This document shows positions 19,904 through 28,885 of a stretch of DNA of 64,000 bases, one piece after another. The first letter of the stretch is position 1; each line of letters starts with the position of its first letter. The stretch covers positions 120,035 through 184,034 of the forward strand of contig CAZSUV010000001.1 of NCBI GenBank assembly GCA_964610125.1, in the 5' to 3' direction. The position numbers and the translations under genes were made by a program. This DNA is from an uncultured Candidatus Saccharibacteria bacterium. Lineage in GTDB: Bacteria; Patescibacteriota; Dojkabacteria; SC72. The notes under the pieces were generated by a model. It did no database searches, was not told the origin of the DNA, and saw only the letters and a list, made by a program, of their open reading frames with translations.

Positions 19904-20422
19904 TTATTCAATTATTATAAATCCTAATACAGCATTCTTTTTATGATCTTTATCTTTAAAACAAAAAGCATCTTTTCCAATACCCTCATCATATTGAATT
20001 GGAATATCTTGTAATTGCTGTAAATCATAAACAGTAATTAAATCAATTCTTAATGCGTAGCCTCTATCTTGAATAGCTCCAACCGCAAAGTCTTCTACGC
20101 ATTCTTCTCCCATCTTTATCACTTCCCCCGATTTTATGGGTACAGCAAAAAGCTCTACGCCTCTTTGCTGATAGAAATCATGGGCAACAGACATTTTTCG
20201 ATTGGGATCATATCGGTCGGTTCCAGTTTCTGAAATTATTTTAATAAGCCGATCAATAGTAAGATTAGGATGATCTTTTAAAGAGAGTGCTCTAACAGCG
20301 ATATCCGTATTTGAAAAATTCTGAATTAGGATATTATCTATTGCCTCTCCAGCAGAGTGGAAGCAACTTGGATTATCAGTTTTATAATCCTGTAAATGAA
20401 GTGTAATTATTGGTTTCTTCAC
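19904..20422 (-). CDS. Hypothetical protein, 172 aa
   Basis: Intact ORF with good codon usage. No recognisable motif. Confidence 0.55.
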   Translation of the reverse strand: MKKPIITLHLQDYKTDNPSCFHSAGEAIDNILIQNFSNTDIAVRALSLKDHPNLTIDRLIKIISETGTDRYDPNRKMSVAHDFYQQRGVELFAVPIKSGEVIKMGEECVEDFAVGAIQDRGYALRIDLITVYDLQQLQDIPIQYDEGIGKDAFCFKDKDHKKNAVLGFIIIE

Positions 20423-20547
20423 AGTGACATTTTACAATTCAGTATCTTTTTTATCAATCTTCAAAAATGTAAAGGGGATTTTCTGAAAAAAATCCTCGAC
20501 TATTTAGTTTAAATGCCTTAAACTGGATAGATATATAAACGCCCAAT

Positions 20548-21924
20548 ATGAAGAACTTCTTTATTCCAACTGAAAAGAATAAGTACAAACCATACCTCCT
20601 ACGAAAAATAGCTTTAGTTGCATATTCTGTACTTTTAATCTTTGTTAATAGCTTTGGAGGAATATTTGGTATTAATCAAGTACAGGCGAGTAACATAACG
20701 CCAAGTAATATCATTGAATTAACCAATCAGGAGAGGGCTGCAAATGGACTTAATACTCTCAAAGAGAATTCTAGCTTAGCAGCAGCCGCATTAGCAAAGG
20801 CAAATAACATGTTTGAGATCCAATATTGGGATCATTTTGGTCCTAATGGTGAGACTCCATGGCAATTCATACGTGCTGAAGGATATAACTATGTATATGC
20901 GGGAGAAAATCTTGCTAAAGGTTTTCAAACATCTGAAGGTGTACATGAAGCATGGATGGCAAGTCCAACCCATGCTGCGAATATTATGAGTGCAAATTAC
21001 AAGGATATTGGAGTCGCTGTAGTCCAAGGAACACTCCTTGGAAAGCAAACAACCCTAGTAGTCCAGATGTTCGGAAATCTTACTACAGAGGTCGCTAGTG
21101 CCACTACAGGGGGATCTAAGACTACTACTTCGGGTGGTACTGTAATCGGAACCGAACATGGGGATATAAAGAGCATAATGATTACATCACCAGTACAATC
21201 ATCAATATCTACAGACCCTAGCATAAATGTTGCGGGTGAGGTTAAAAATGCGGATGGACAGTACACAGTACAGGTATACGACCAATCCAATGTTGTAGGA
21301 GAGACATCTTCAAATACAGGAAATTGGGAATTTGACAAAGAAAGTGATTGGTCTGAAGGAACTCATGTATTAAAAGCTCAGATAAAGGGCGAAAATACAG
21401 TATCTCCTAATGTAACTTTTACTGTAGATTCTACACCACCAATTGTGGACAAAGCCTCAATCTCAGTTAAACAAAATGGAGAAAATTACGTTTTGAAATT
21501 CAATATAGATGATACTTGGGTAGATCTGAGAGTTGTTAATGGTGCTACATCAATTACTGTAACATCAGATAACAAGAAAGAAATAACCGTAGAGATACCT
21601 GTGAAAGGGTTAGGAAATAAGGTGGTTATAATGGCCACTGATGCACAGGGCAACATATCTCAATTGGATATTACAGAATATTTTAAAGATGAAGCGAGTA
21701 GTAAGGGAGCAAGTATATTTTTGAGTCTAACTAATGCAAATATTGGAGATCAGATAAGTATTGGTATTGTGGCTTTAATTTTTGTATTGTTGTGTATTGA
21801 AATTTTTGTATACTGGAAGAAAGGAAAGCTCAAGGATATAACTGGGGATTTGTTTACAGTTGGAACATGGTGGCTAATACTAACAATTGCAATATTTAAT
21901 GGGTTTACTGGTTTAATTAATTAA
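20548..21924 (+). CDS. Cell-surface protein with an N-terminal CAP/SCP (PR-1-like) domain, Ig-like repeats and a C-terminal TM anchor
   Basis: N-terminal signal anchor; CAP-domain motifs (NQERAANGL..., HFGPNGETPWQ, GENLAKG, HEAWMASPTHAANI); S/T-rich beta-rich middle; two C-terminal TM helices. Confidence 0.7.
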   Translation: MKNFFIPTEKNKYKPYLLRKIALVAYSVLLIFVNSFGGIFGINQVQASNITPSNIIELTNQERAANGLNTLKENSSLAAAALAKANNMFEIQYWDHFGPNGETPWQFIRAEGYNYVYAGENLAKGFQTSEGVHEAWMASPTHAANIMSANYKDIGVAVVQGTLLGKQTTLVVQMFGNLTTEVASATTGGSKTTTSGGTVIGTEHGDIKSIMITSPVQSSISTDPSINVAGEVKNADGQYTVQVYDQSNVVGETSSNTGNWEFDKESDWSEGTHVLKAQIKGENTVSPNVTFTVDSTPPIVDKASISVKQNGENYVLKFNIDDTWVDLRVVNGATSITVTSDNKKEITVEIPVKGLGNKVVIMATDAQGNISQLDITEYFKDEASSKGASIFLSLTNANIGDQISIGIVALIFVLLCIEIFVYWKKGKLKDITGDLFTVGTWWLILTIAIFNGFTGLIN

Positions 21925-21937
21925 AATTTACTGCCCA

Positions 21938-22735
21938 GTGAAAAAATACAGGTTAAAGGTACAAAACGATATCATATATCTATTTATACTCCTCGCTATA
22001 ACGGAGTTTTTTAACTATCTCGTCCTAAATACAAGAGGCGCTGGACTAATGATAACGGCTGGGTTAGGAATTCTACTTTTAGAAACATGGTTCATACGTA
22101 CATTTAGCCTCTATTCAGGAAAAAAGATATCAAAATACAGTGATGTTTTAGTTAGAATTTCATTGAAAGATAGATTCTTTAGCTATTTTGTCCTTCCTCT
22201 GATATTTTACATATCAATTTTGGCATTTTTGTATTTCAACAGGAATCTGCTTTTAGGGCATGTGGTTTTAGGAATCTGTATGATACTTTTCTTAGTACTA
22301 TTCTTAAATGTAAAAAGCTCTTTAAACAAGATATATTCAGTTGCCAATGCAACAAGAACAATATTTGATTTCATCTGTATAACCATTCTATACCTACTGA
22401 CCAATATTTTTGTAAGAGTAGGGTTGTCGATGATGATCTTTGCTTTAATACTATTTGTGACCTCTTTTGTACTCCTCCTCTTCTCATTAAAACTACATAG
22501 GAAACTTGGATTAATGGAAATCTTTGTTTCCCTACTAAGTTCAGTATTCATATCCTGTTTTACAATCATATTCTGGAGTACCAATATCTTCGTAATCCCA
22601 CTTGTTGCAGCATTAGGTTTCTACCTGGTCATATCAATATGGAATATCCGATTCTCTGGAAAAATACATTTGGTTGATTACTTCTTACCAATTTTGTACG
22701 TGATTCTAGCTTTAATCTTAATTCTTACAATTTAA
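21938..22735 (+). CDS. Polytopic integral membrane protein, unknown function
   Basis: 265 aa with about 8 hydrophobic helices. Tightly linked to the upstream CAP-domain gene and overlaps the downstream gene start. Confidence 0.6.
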   Translation: MKKYRLKVQNDIIYLFILLAITEFFNYLVLNTRGAGLMITAGLGILLLETWFIRTFSLYSGKKISKYSDVLVRISLKDRFFSYFVLPLIFYISILAFLYFNRNLLLGHVVLGICMILFLVLFLNVKSSLNKIYSVANATRTIFDFICITILYLLTNIFVRVGLSMMIFALILFVTSFVLLLFSLKLHRKLGLMEIFVSLLSSVFISCFTIIFWSTNIFVIPLVAALGFYLVISIWNIRFSGKIHLVDYFLPILYVILALILILTI

Positions 22736-23436
22736 TGTCAAAAAGAATCGTAGTGAAGATCGGGGGTTCAGTACTTTACGATGCTAATCTAGACATCAAT
22801 TTCTCAGTATTAAAGAAATTTAAAGATTGGTATATTCAACACAAAGAGGAATATGAAAAGATAGTTATAGTTACAGGTGGAGGAATGCTCTCAAGAGAAA
22901 TACAGAAGAAAATTGAAGGATCTATTACAGAGAAGGAATATCAGCATAATATTGCTATGTCCATTACCCAAACTAATGCGGCAATAATACAGGGATATCT
23001 TGAGGATACAGATTCATATATTCCTAAAAGATTAGGAGATGCATACGAATTCCTAAGTGAAGAGAAGAATAGGACATTGATAAGTGGTGGATTGAAGATT
23101 GGATGGAGTACTGATATGGATGCGGCTATATTCGCAGATATGCTGGATGTAGATACGGTATACAAGATTTCAAATATTGATCATGTATATGATGTAGATC
23201 CGAGAGATAATCCTAATGCGAAGCCATTTGATGATTTAACGTGGGTTGAATATTCTGGTTTGTTCAATATCACAGATGATGTTAATCATGAAGCAAACAA
23301 AAATATTCCAATTGATGTAACTTGCGCAAAGTTTTGCTTAAAAAAAGGAATATCATTCTTTATATGTGGGGGAGATGCGTTAAGAGAAAAGTCTACAGTA
23401 GAAGAGATTCTTCAAACAGGGACATTAATACATTAA
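22735..23436 (+). CDS. pyrH: Amino-acid-kinase family protein, most like archaeal-type UMP kinase
   Basis: RIVVKIGGSVL...VTGGGMLSR...NIDHVYDVDPRDNPNAKPF aligns with archaeal-type UMP kinase or isopentenyl phosphate kinase rather than the bacterial KLSGEAL type. Confidence 0.55.
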   Translation: MSKRIVVKIGGSVLYDANLDINFSVLKKFKDWYIQHKEEYEKIVIVTGGGMLSREIQKKIEGSITEKEYQHNIAMSITQTNAAIIQGYLEDTDSYIPKRLGDAYEFLSEEKNRTLISGGLKIGWSTDMDAAIFADMLDVDTVYKISNIDHVYDVDPRDNPNAKPFDDLTWVEYSGLFNITDDVNHEANKNIPIDVTCAKFCLKKGISFFICGGDALREKSTVEEILQTGTLIH

Positions 23437-23891
23437 GCAATAGCTTCAATGGTATATTCTGTTGCACCCTTAGGGGTAGTAATTGTAACTTTGGAGTTTA
23501 ATTTTTTACCCATGATAGCTTGCCCGATTGGAGATAGGTGAGAAATCTTCCCTTCTAATGGGTTAGCTTCTTCCTCTCCGGTGATTTCATACTTTACAGA
23601 TTTCCCATTTTTTAATGTTACAGTGTCTCCAAGTCCAACGACACTCTTGTTCTTGTCTTTTACCACTTTTGCAGTTCTAATTTTCTCCTTTAACTCAAGA
23701 ATTCTTTCTTCGTTTACATATTGATTTTCAAGAGCCATAGCATAGCCGTCGTTCTCCTTTAAATCTCCTTGATTGCGCATTTCATTGATTGTATCTGCAA
23801 TCTTTGCTCTAAGCTCAGTTTCTCGTTTGATGAGCTCATTTTTTAACTTTTTAAAACCGGACAGTGTTGTTTGGTATATGTTTTCTTTCAT
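23433..23891 (-). CDS. greA: Transcription elongation factor GreA, copy 1
   Basis: 152 aa; N-terminal coiled coil with GDLKEND; C-terminal FKBP-like domain (LSPIGQAIMGKK). Confidence 0.85.
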   Translation of the reverse strand: MKENIYQTTLSGFKKLKNELIKRETELRAKIADTINEMRNQGDLKENDGYAMALENQYVNEERILELKEKIRTAKVVKDKNKSVVGLGDTVTLKNGKSVKYEITGEEEANPLEGKISHLSPIGQAIMGKKLNSKVTITTPKGATEYTIEAIA

Positions 23892-23996
23892 ATATCCCGG
23901 TATTTAATTTAGTAACGGAACATATTAATATTATAGGAGAAAGAAGTCAATAGATACAAAATATACCCAGTTTATGATAGAATTACAGCCAGAAAT

Positions 23997-24071
23997 GCCG
24001 CTATCGTCTAACGGTTAGGACATATGATTCTCAATCATACAACCGGGGTCCGATTCCCCGTAGCGGTACCA
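23997..24071 (+). tRNA. tRNA-Glu (anticodon CUC), CCA encoded
   Basis: Manual cloverleaf: acceptor GCCGCTA/TAGCGGT, D-arm TCGTCTAACGGTTAGGACA, anticodon stem TATGA/TCATA with loop TTCTCAA, T-arm CGGGG-TCCGATT-CCCCG, then ACCA. Confidence 0.8.
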
Positions 24072-24092
24072 TAATATTTTAATATTTCCTCA

Positions 24093-24728
24093 ATGGCAAA
24101 GGTCTTTAATATAACAACATCTAAGGATGAAAAGGTTATTGGATTCTACAACCAGGCAATGAAGGAATTATGCGAATTCTATGATATTCAATGGTATGAA
24201 AATACACCTTTAGTTCATATTGTGCCGGATAGGAAGACATTTGACGATCTATGGGGTGAAAAAACTGAAAATTGGGTTGTTGGAGATACAATGGGAACTA
24301 ATCGAATTTTGTATATTCTCTCTCCTGATGTCTATGAGAAGGACAGTATTCATAAATATTCGGATAAAGAATATCTTGGATTAATAAAACATGAATTAAG
24401 TCATCTGTTTTGTCAGATACTATTTGATAGCTTTGAGCCACTTTGGTTTACAGAGGGTATTGCTGTATATACGTCAGGGCAATTAGAGAGATATGAAAAA
24501 CCAATGGAATTTTCTAAGTTTCTAGAATTCTTTGATACACTTGGTGATGAAGCATATAGCCAAGCTGGATTTGCAGTTGAAATATTAGTAAAGAAAATAG
24601 GTAGGGAAAAATTCTTAAAAGCATTAGGAGATATTAAAACTCCAGTAACAAAGAAATTTTTCGAAGAATATTTCAAAAAGAATTTTGATATAGAATTAAG
24701 TTATAAATGGTTTAATGAAAATCTATGA
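24093..24728 (+). CDS. Hypothetical HExxH protein, 211 aa
   Basis: IKHELSHLFCQILFDSFEPLWFTEG contains HExxH plus downstream Glu. Cytoplasmic. Confidence 0.55.
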   Translation: MAKVFNITTSKDEKVIGFYNQAMKELCEFYDIQWYENTPLVHIVPDRKTFDDLWGEKTENWVVGDTMGTNRILYILSPDVYEKDSIHKYSDKEYLGLIKHELSHLFCQILFDSFEPLWFTEGIAVYTSGQLERYEKPMEFSKFLEFFDTLGDEAYSQAGFAVEILVKKIGREKFLKALGDIKTPVTKKFFEEYFKKNFDIELSYKWFNENL

Positions 24729-25381
24729 AATTCGATATCATAACAATCTTCCCTGAAATAATAGAAGAATATATAAACAAAGGAATAGTCAGTATAGCCA
24801 GAGAAAAAGGATTGGTAGAAATTAACGTACATAACCTAAGAGATTGGACAGAAGACAATCATAAGACAGTAGATGATACCCCATGTGGAGGTGGACCAGG
24901 AATGGTACTAAAAGTAGAACCCATATACAGAGCAATACAGGATTTAAAGCAAGAAAATACCATCGTAGCAATAACTACACCTAAAGGAGAAAAATTAGTA
25001 CAAAGTAAATTGAAAGATTTTTCAACCCAATCAGATTTACACATGATTATACTCTGTGGAAGATATGAAGGCTTTGATCAAAGAATACATGACAATCTAG
25101 TAGACTATGAATTCTCAATAGGGGATTATGTACTCTCTGGCGGAGAATTAGCATCCTTAGTATTAGTAGATGGAATTACAAGGTTATTCCCAGGAGTATT
25201 AGGTAATGAAGAATCCTTAAGCGAAGAGTCATTTAATGATGGAGAGACATTGGATTATCCCCAATATACCAGGCCAATAGAATTTAATGGCTGGAAAGTG
25301 CCTGATGTCTTGCTTTCGGGGAATCATGAAGAAATTAAAAAATGGAGAGTCTCTCAAAAGCCTCTAATAGGTAAGAATTAG
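24725..25381 (+). CDS. trmD: tRNA (guanine37-N1)-methyltransferase
   Basis: MKFDIITIFPEIIEEY...; SPOUT fold; 218 aa. Confidence 0.9.
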   Translation: MKFDIITIFPEIIEEYINKGIVSIAREKGLVEINVHNLRDWTEDNHKTVDDTPCGGGPGMVLKVEPIYRAIQDLKQENTIVAITTPKGEKLVQSKLKDFSTQSDLHMIILCGRYEGFDQRIHDNLVDYEFSIGDYVLSGGELASLVLVDGITRLFPGVLGNEESLSEESFNDGETLDYPQYTRPIEFNGWKVPDVLLSGNHEEIKKWRVSQKPLIGKN

Positions 25382-25451
25382 GGCTATATTACATAATGTT
25401 TCCATAGACTATATAATATACTATAGAGTTGTAAATTAATGACCAAAGATT

Positions 25452-25916
25452 ATGAAAGAAAAAATATTACTGACCAAAGAAAAGAAAGAAGCCTTAGAAT
25501 TAGAATTGAAGAACTTAGTTGAAGTTAAGAAGCCCGAACTATCTGCTGCGTTAGCCTTAGCTAGGCAAAATGATCTTAGTGAAGATACTGATGATTTAAG
25601 CGTAATGCTTGAGGACAAAGAAACAATAGATGAAAGAATAGAGGAATTAAAAAAATTAATTGCGAATTCGAAAGTCATTGAGAAGAAAGCATGCAATCCT
25701 AACTTTGTTGGTGTTGGAACTGAAATAAAGGCTGAATTCAATGGTAAAGTGCAGAATCTGAAATTGGTTTCTACATTAGAATCTGATCCTCTTAAGGGAT
25801 ATATTTCTGAGGGTTCACCATTAGGAAAAGCATTGTTAAAAGCTCAGGTTGGCAAAACCATAGACTTTAAGGTTAAAGGAAGAAAATTTGAATACAAGAT
25901 ATTAGAGATTTGCTAA
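25452..25916 (+). CDS. GreA/GreB-family transcription factor, copy 2
   Basis: 154 aa; N-terminal coiled coil with NDLSEDTDD; C-terminal domain (SPLGKALLKAQVGK). Confidence 0.8.
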   Translation: MKEKILLTKEKKEALELELKNLVEVKKPELSAALALARQNDLSEDTDDLSVMLEDKETIDERIEELKKLIANSKVIEKKACNPNFVGVGTEIKAEFNGKVQNLKLVSTLESDPLKGYISEGSPLGKALLKAQVGKTIDFKVKGRKFEYKILEIC

Positions 25917-27212
25917 ATCTTCAATCTTAACTCTTTCTTGCTTCATTGTATCTCTGTCTCTTACTGTTACAGTATTATCTTCTAATGTCTGGTAATCTAC
26001 GGTTATACAGTATGGTGTACCGATTTCATCCTGATATCGATATCGCTTACCAATATTTCCTCTTGCATCCCATACAACCTTTTTGGTATCCGAAAGTTTT
26101 TCAAAGATTTCTCTAGCTTTGTTAACGATTTCTTCTTTGTTAGAGACCAATGGGAATACTGCAGCTTTGTATGCAGCTATTTCAGGATTAATCTTTAATA
26201 TTGTTCGTATTTCACCATTCTCCAATGTCTCTTCCTCGTATGAATCCAAGAGTAAGAACAAGAATGTCCTATCCACACCACCTGAAGTCTCAACAATATT
26301 TGGAATATATTTCTCTCCAGTTTGAGGATCAACATATGAAAGATCTTTCCCAGAGAACTTACTGTGTTGCGTGAGATCGTAATCAGCTCTCCAGTGGATA
26401 CCTTCATTTTCTGCCCATCCCCATGGTGCTAGATATTCAACATCAAATGCTTTTTTAGCATAGAAGACCAATTTCTCCTTAGGATGTTCAAAGAATCTAA
26501 GATTCTCATGCTTTCGGTACAATTTCTTGTAGAAGTTCATTCTTTCTTCCTTCCAATATTCAAAAGATTTTTCCATATCATTTGGATGCACAAAGTACTG
26601 CATATCCCACTGTTCAAATTCTCTAGTTCTAAATGTGAATTTGTTAGGAGTGATTTCATTTCTAAAAGCTTTACCAATCTGTGCAATACCAAAAGGAATT
26701 TGCTGTCTTGTAGAATCAACAACATTCTTGAAATCAAGATATATTGTTTGACATGCTTCACCTCTTAAATATGCAGTTGCTTTCTCTCCTTCGATGACAC
26801 CAACTTCTGTTTTGAAAAGAATATTATATTTTCTTGGTTCTGTGAAATCAGTACCACCACATTTTGGACATTTTCCTTCAATATCCTCAGGTCTAAATCG
26901 TGCATGACATTTTTTACATTCTATAGATTCATCTGCAAAGTTTTGAACATGACCAGATGCTTCCCATACCTTAGGGTGGGTGATAATGGTACCATCAATA
27001 CCGACGACATTTTCTCGTTTGTCGACCATATTCTTCCACCAATATCTTTTGAGATTGTTTTTCATCTCTACACCTACAGGACCATAGTCATAGAATCCTC
27101 CTATACCGCCATATATTTCAGAGTTTTGAAATATAATACCTCTTCTTTTACTGAGGGATGTGACTTTTTGTAGAAGATCTTCCATAGGTCGAAAGATGAA
27201 ATTAATATTCAT
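25902..27212 (-). CDS. glyQS: Glycine--tRNA ligase, alpha2 (archaeal/eukaryotic-like) type
   Basis: 436 aa class II aaRS with motifs matching dimeric GlyRS (IYGGIGGFYDYGPVG...). Confidence 0.9.
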   Translation of the reverse strand: MNINFIFRPMEDLLQKVTSLSKRRGIIFQNSEIYGGIGGFYDYGPVGVEMKNNLKRYWWKNMVDKRENVVGIDGTIITHPKVWEASGHVQNFADESIECKKCHARFRPEDIEGKCPKCGGTDFTEPRKYNILFKTEVGVIEGEKATAYLRGEACQTIYLDFKNVVDSTRQQIPFGIAQIGKAFRNEITPNKFTFRTREFEQWDMQYFVHPNDMEKSFEYWKEERMNFYKKLYRKHENLRFFEHPKEKLVFYAKKAFDVEYLAPWGWAENEGIHWRADYDLTQHSKFSGKDLSYVDPQTGEKYIPNIVETSGGVDRTFLFLLLDSYEEETLENGEIRTILKINPEIAAYKAAVFPLVSNKEEIVNKAREIFEKLSDTKKVVWDARGNIGKRYRYQDEIGTPYCITVDYQTLEDNTVTVRDRDTMKQERVKIEDLANL

Positions 27213-27293
27213 GATTATATCTTAAAATCTTGTGTAAGGACAGATTATTTATATGATATAATCCTACTATCTTAAATTATATGATTCGTTCCC

Positions 27294-28838
27294 ATGGAGG
27301 ATACACAAAGGAGTGACATGCTCGGGCAAAGACAAGTAAGATTAGAGAAGATCGAAGCACTCAAGAAGCTAGGTGTGGAGATATATCCTGCGAAGTCATA
27401 TAAACAATTCCACAATGGAGAAATATTAAACAATTTTGAGAAATATGAAGGGCAAGAAGTTTGTCTTGATGGTAGAGTAGTAGCTTGGAGAGAGCATGGC
27501 CAGCTTTTGTTTGGAAATATTATGGATCAAACTGGAACTATCCAGATTATGATTAGAGAAAATGAATTGGTGGAAGACCTTGCAAAAGGATATTTGGGAT
27601 TTGATAAACTTACACTCTTGGATTTAGCAGATTTTGTAGAAGTATATGGCACAATTGGTAAAACTCGAACAGGTGAAATCTCTGTTATGGTTAAAAACAT
27701 TAGATTACTAACTAAAGCATTAAGACCAATCCCACGAAAATTAGAAAATAAAGAACAGATATTTAGAAGAAGATACCTAGATTTAACTGTTGAACCAGAA
27801 AGAATAAAGTTGTTTGAAAGAAAAGCAAAGTTCTGGCAGGTACAGAGAGATTTACTTAGAGCTGAAGGGTTCTTGGAAGTGGAAGTTCCAGTATTGGAAG
27901 CTGTAACTGGTGGAGCTGATGCTGCACCTTTCATTACACATCACAATGCATTGAACCAAGATTTCTACCTTAGAATCTCTACAGAATTGTATCAAAAGAG
28001 ATTAATAGGTGGTGGTTTTGAGAAGGTATATACATTAGGTCCTAACTTCAGAAATGAGGGTATGGATGATGAGCATCTTCAAGAATACTACCAGTTGGAA
28101 TGGTATTGGGGATATGCAAACTACAGAGACAATATGGATTTGGTAAGAAGATTGTTCTTGGAGATTGCTAACAAGGTATATGGCAGAACCAAGTTTACAA
28201 CCAGAGGTCACACTTTTGATTTGGCTGATGAGTGGAAGGAGATTGATTACACAACTGTTATAAAGGAAAGATTTGATATTGATATCTTTAATGATTCGGA
28301 TGAGAAGATGTTAAAGGCGATTAATGATAATCATATTGAAATGGGTGGAGAGGTTAACAGGAATAGAATGATTGATACGCTTTGGAAATCAATCAGAGCT
28401 ACTATATCTGGTCCTGCATATTTAGTTAACCAACCTAAGATTATTTCACCTTTAGCAAAATCACATAAGGATAATCCTGAACTAACAGAGAGATTCCAAG
28501 TGGTTATAGCTGGTAGCGAATTAGGTAATGGGTATTCTGAGATTAATGATCCTCAAGATCAGTTAGATAGGTTCTTGGAGCAACAGGCTTTGAGAGAGAG
28601 TGGGGATGATGAAGCTCAGATGTTAGATATTGATTTTGTAGAGATGTTGGAATATGGCATGCCTCCTGTAAGTGGATGGGGTCATAGTGAAAGAGTATTC
28701 TGGTTTATGGAGGATATTTCTGGTAGAGAGGGTACTTTCTTCCCACAGATGAGAATAGAGGTAGAGAATACTACAAAGGAGATATACAAGGACAAAGTCA
28801 AATTCAAGGAAACTGTTAAGAAAGAGGAGAAGAAATAG
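27294..28838 (+). CDS. lysS: Lysine--tRNA ligase (class II)
   Basis: N-terminal OB fold; class II core with FRNEGMDDEHLQEYYQLEWY; 514 aa. Confidence 0.9.
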   Translation: MEDTQRSDMLGQRQVRLEKIEALKKLGVEIYPAKSYKQFHNGEILNNFEKYEGQEVCLDGRVVAWREHGQLLFGNIMDQTGTIQIMIRENELVEDLAKGYLGFDKLTLLDLADFVEVYGTIGKTRTGEISVMVKNIRLLTKALRPIPRKLENKEQIFRRRYLDLTVEPERIKLFERKAKFWQVQRDLLRAEGFLEVEVPVLEAVTGGADAAPFITHHNALNQDFYLRISTELYQKRLIGGGFEKVYTLGPNFRNEGMDDEHLQEYYQLEWYWGYANYRDNMDLVRRLFLEIANKVYGRTKFTTRGHTFDLADEWKEIDYTTVIKERFDIDIFNDSDEKMLKAINDNHIEMGGEVNRNRMIDTLWKSIRATISGPAYLVNQPKIISPLAKSHKDNPELTERFQVVIAGSELGNGYSEINDPQDQLDRFLEQQALRESGDDEAQMLDIDFVEMLEYGMPPVSGWGHSERVFWFMEDISGREGTFFPQMRIEVENTTKEIYKDKVKFKETVKKEEKK

Positions 28839-28885
28839 CTCAAAACTTCAACCAAATCTAATTCTTTTATGTGCATCTCTTTCGA

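Noticed and set aside
19904-20422. Possible T-fold enzyme (QueF/FolE-like) suggested by proximity to queA/tgt
   Set aside because: None of the QueF (E-x-K...CPVTxQPD), QueD (CxxxHGH) or FolE catalytic motifs are present. The neighbourhood argument alone is too weak. Left as hypothetical.
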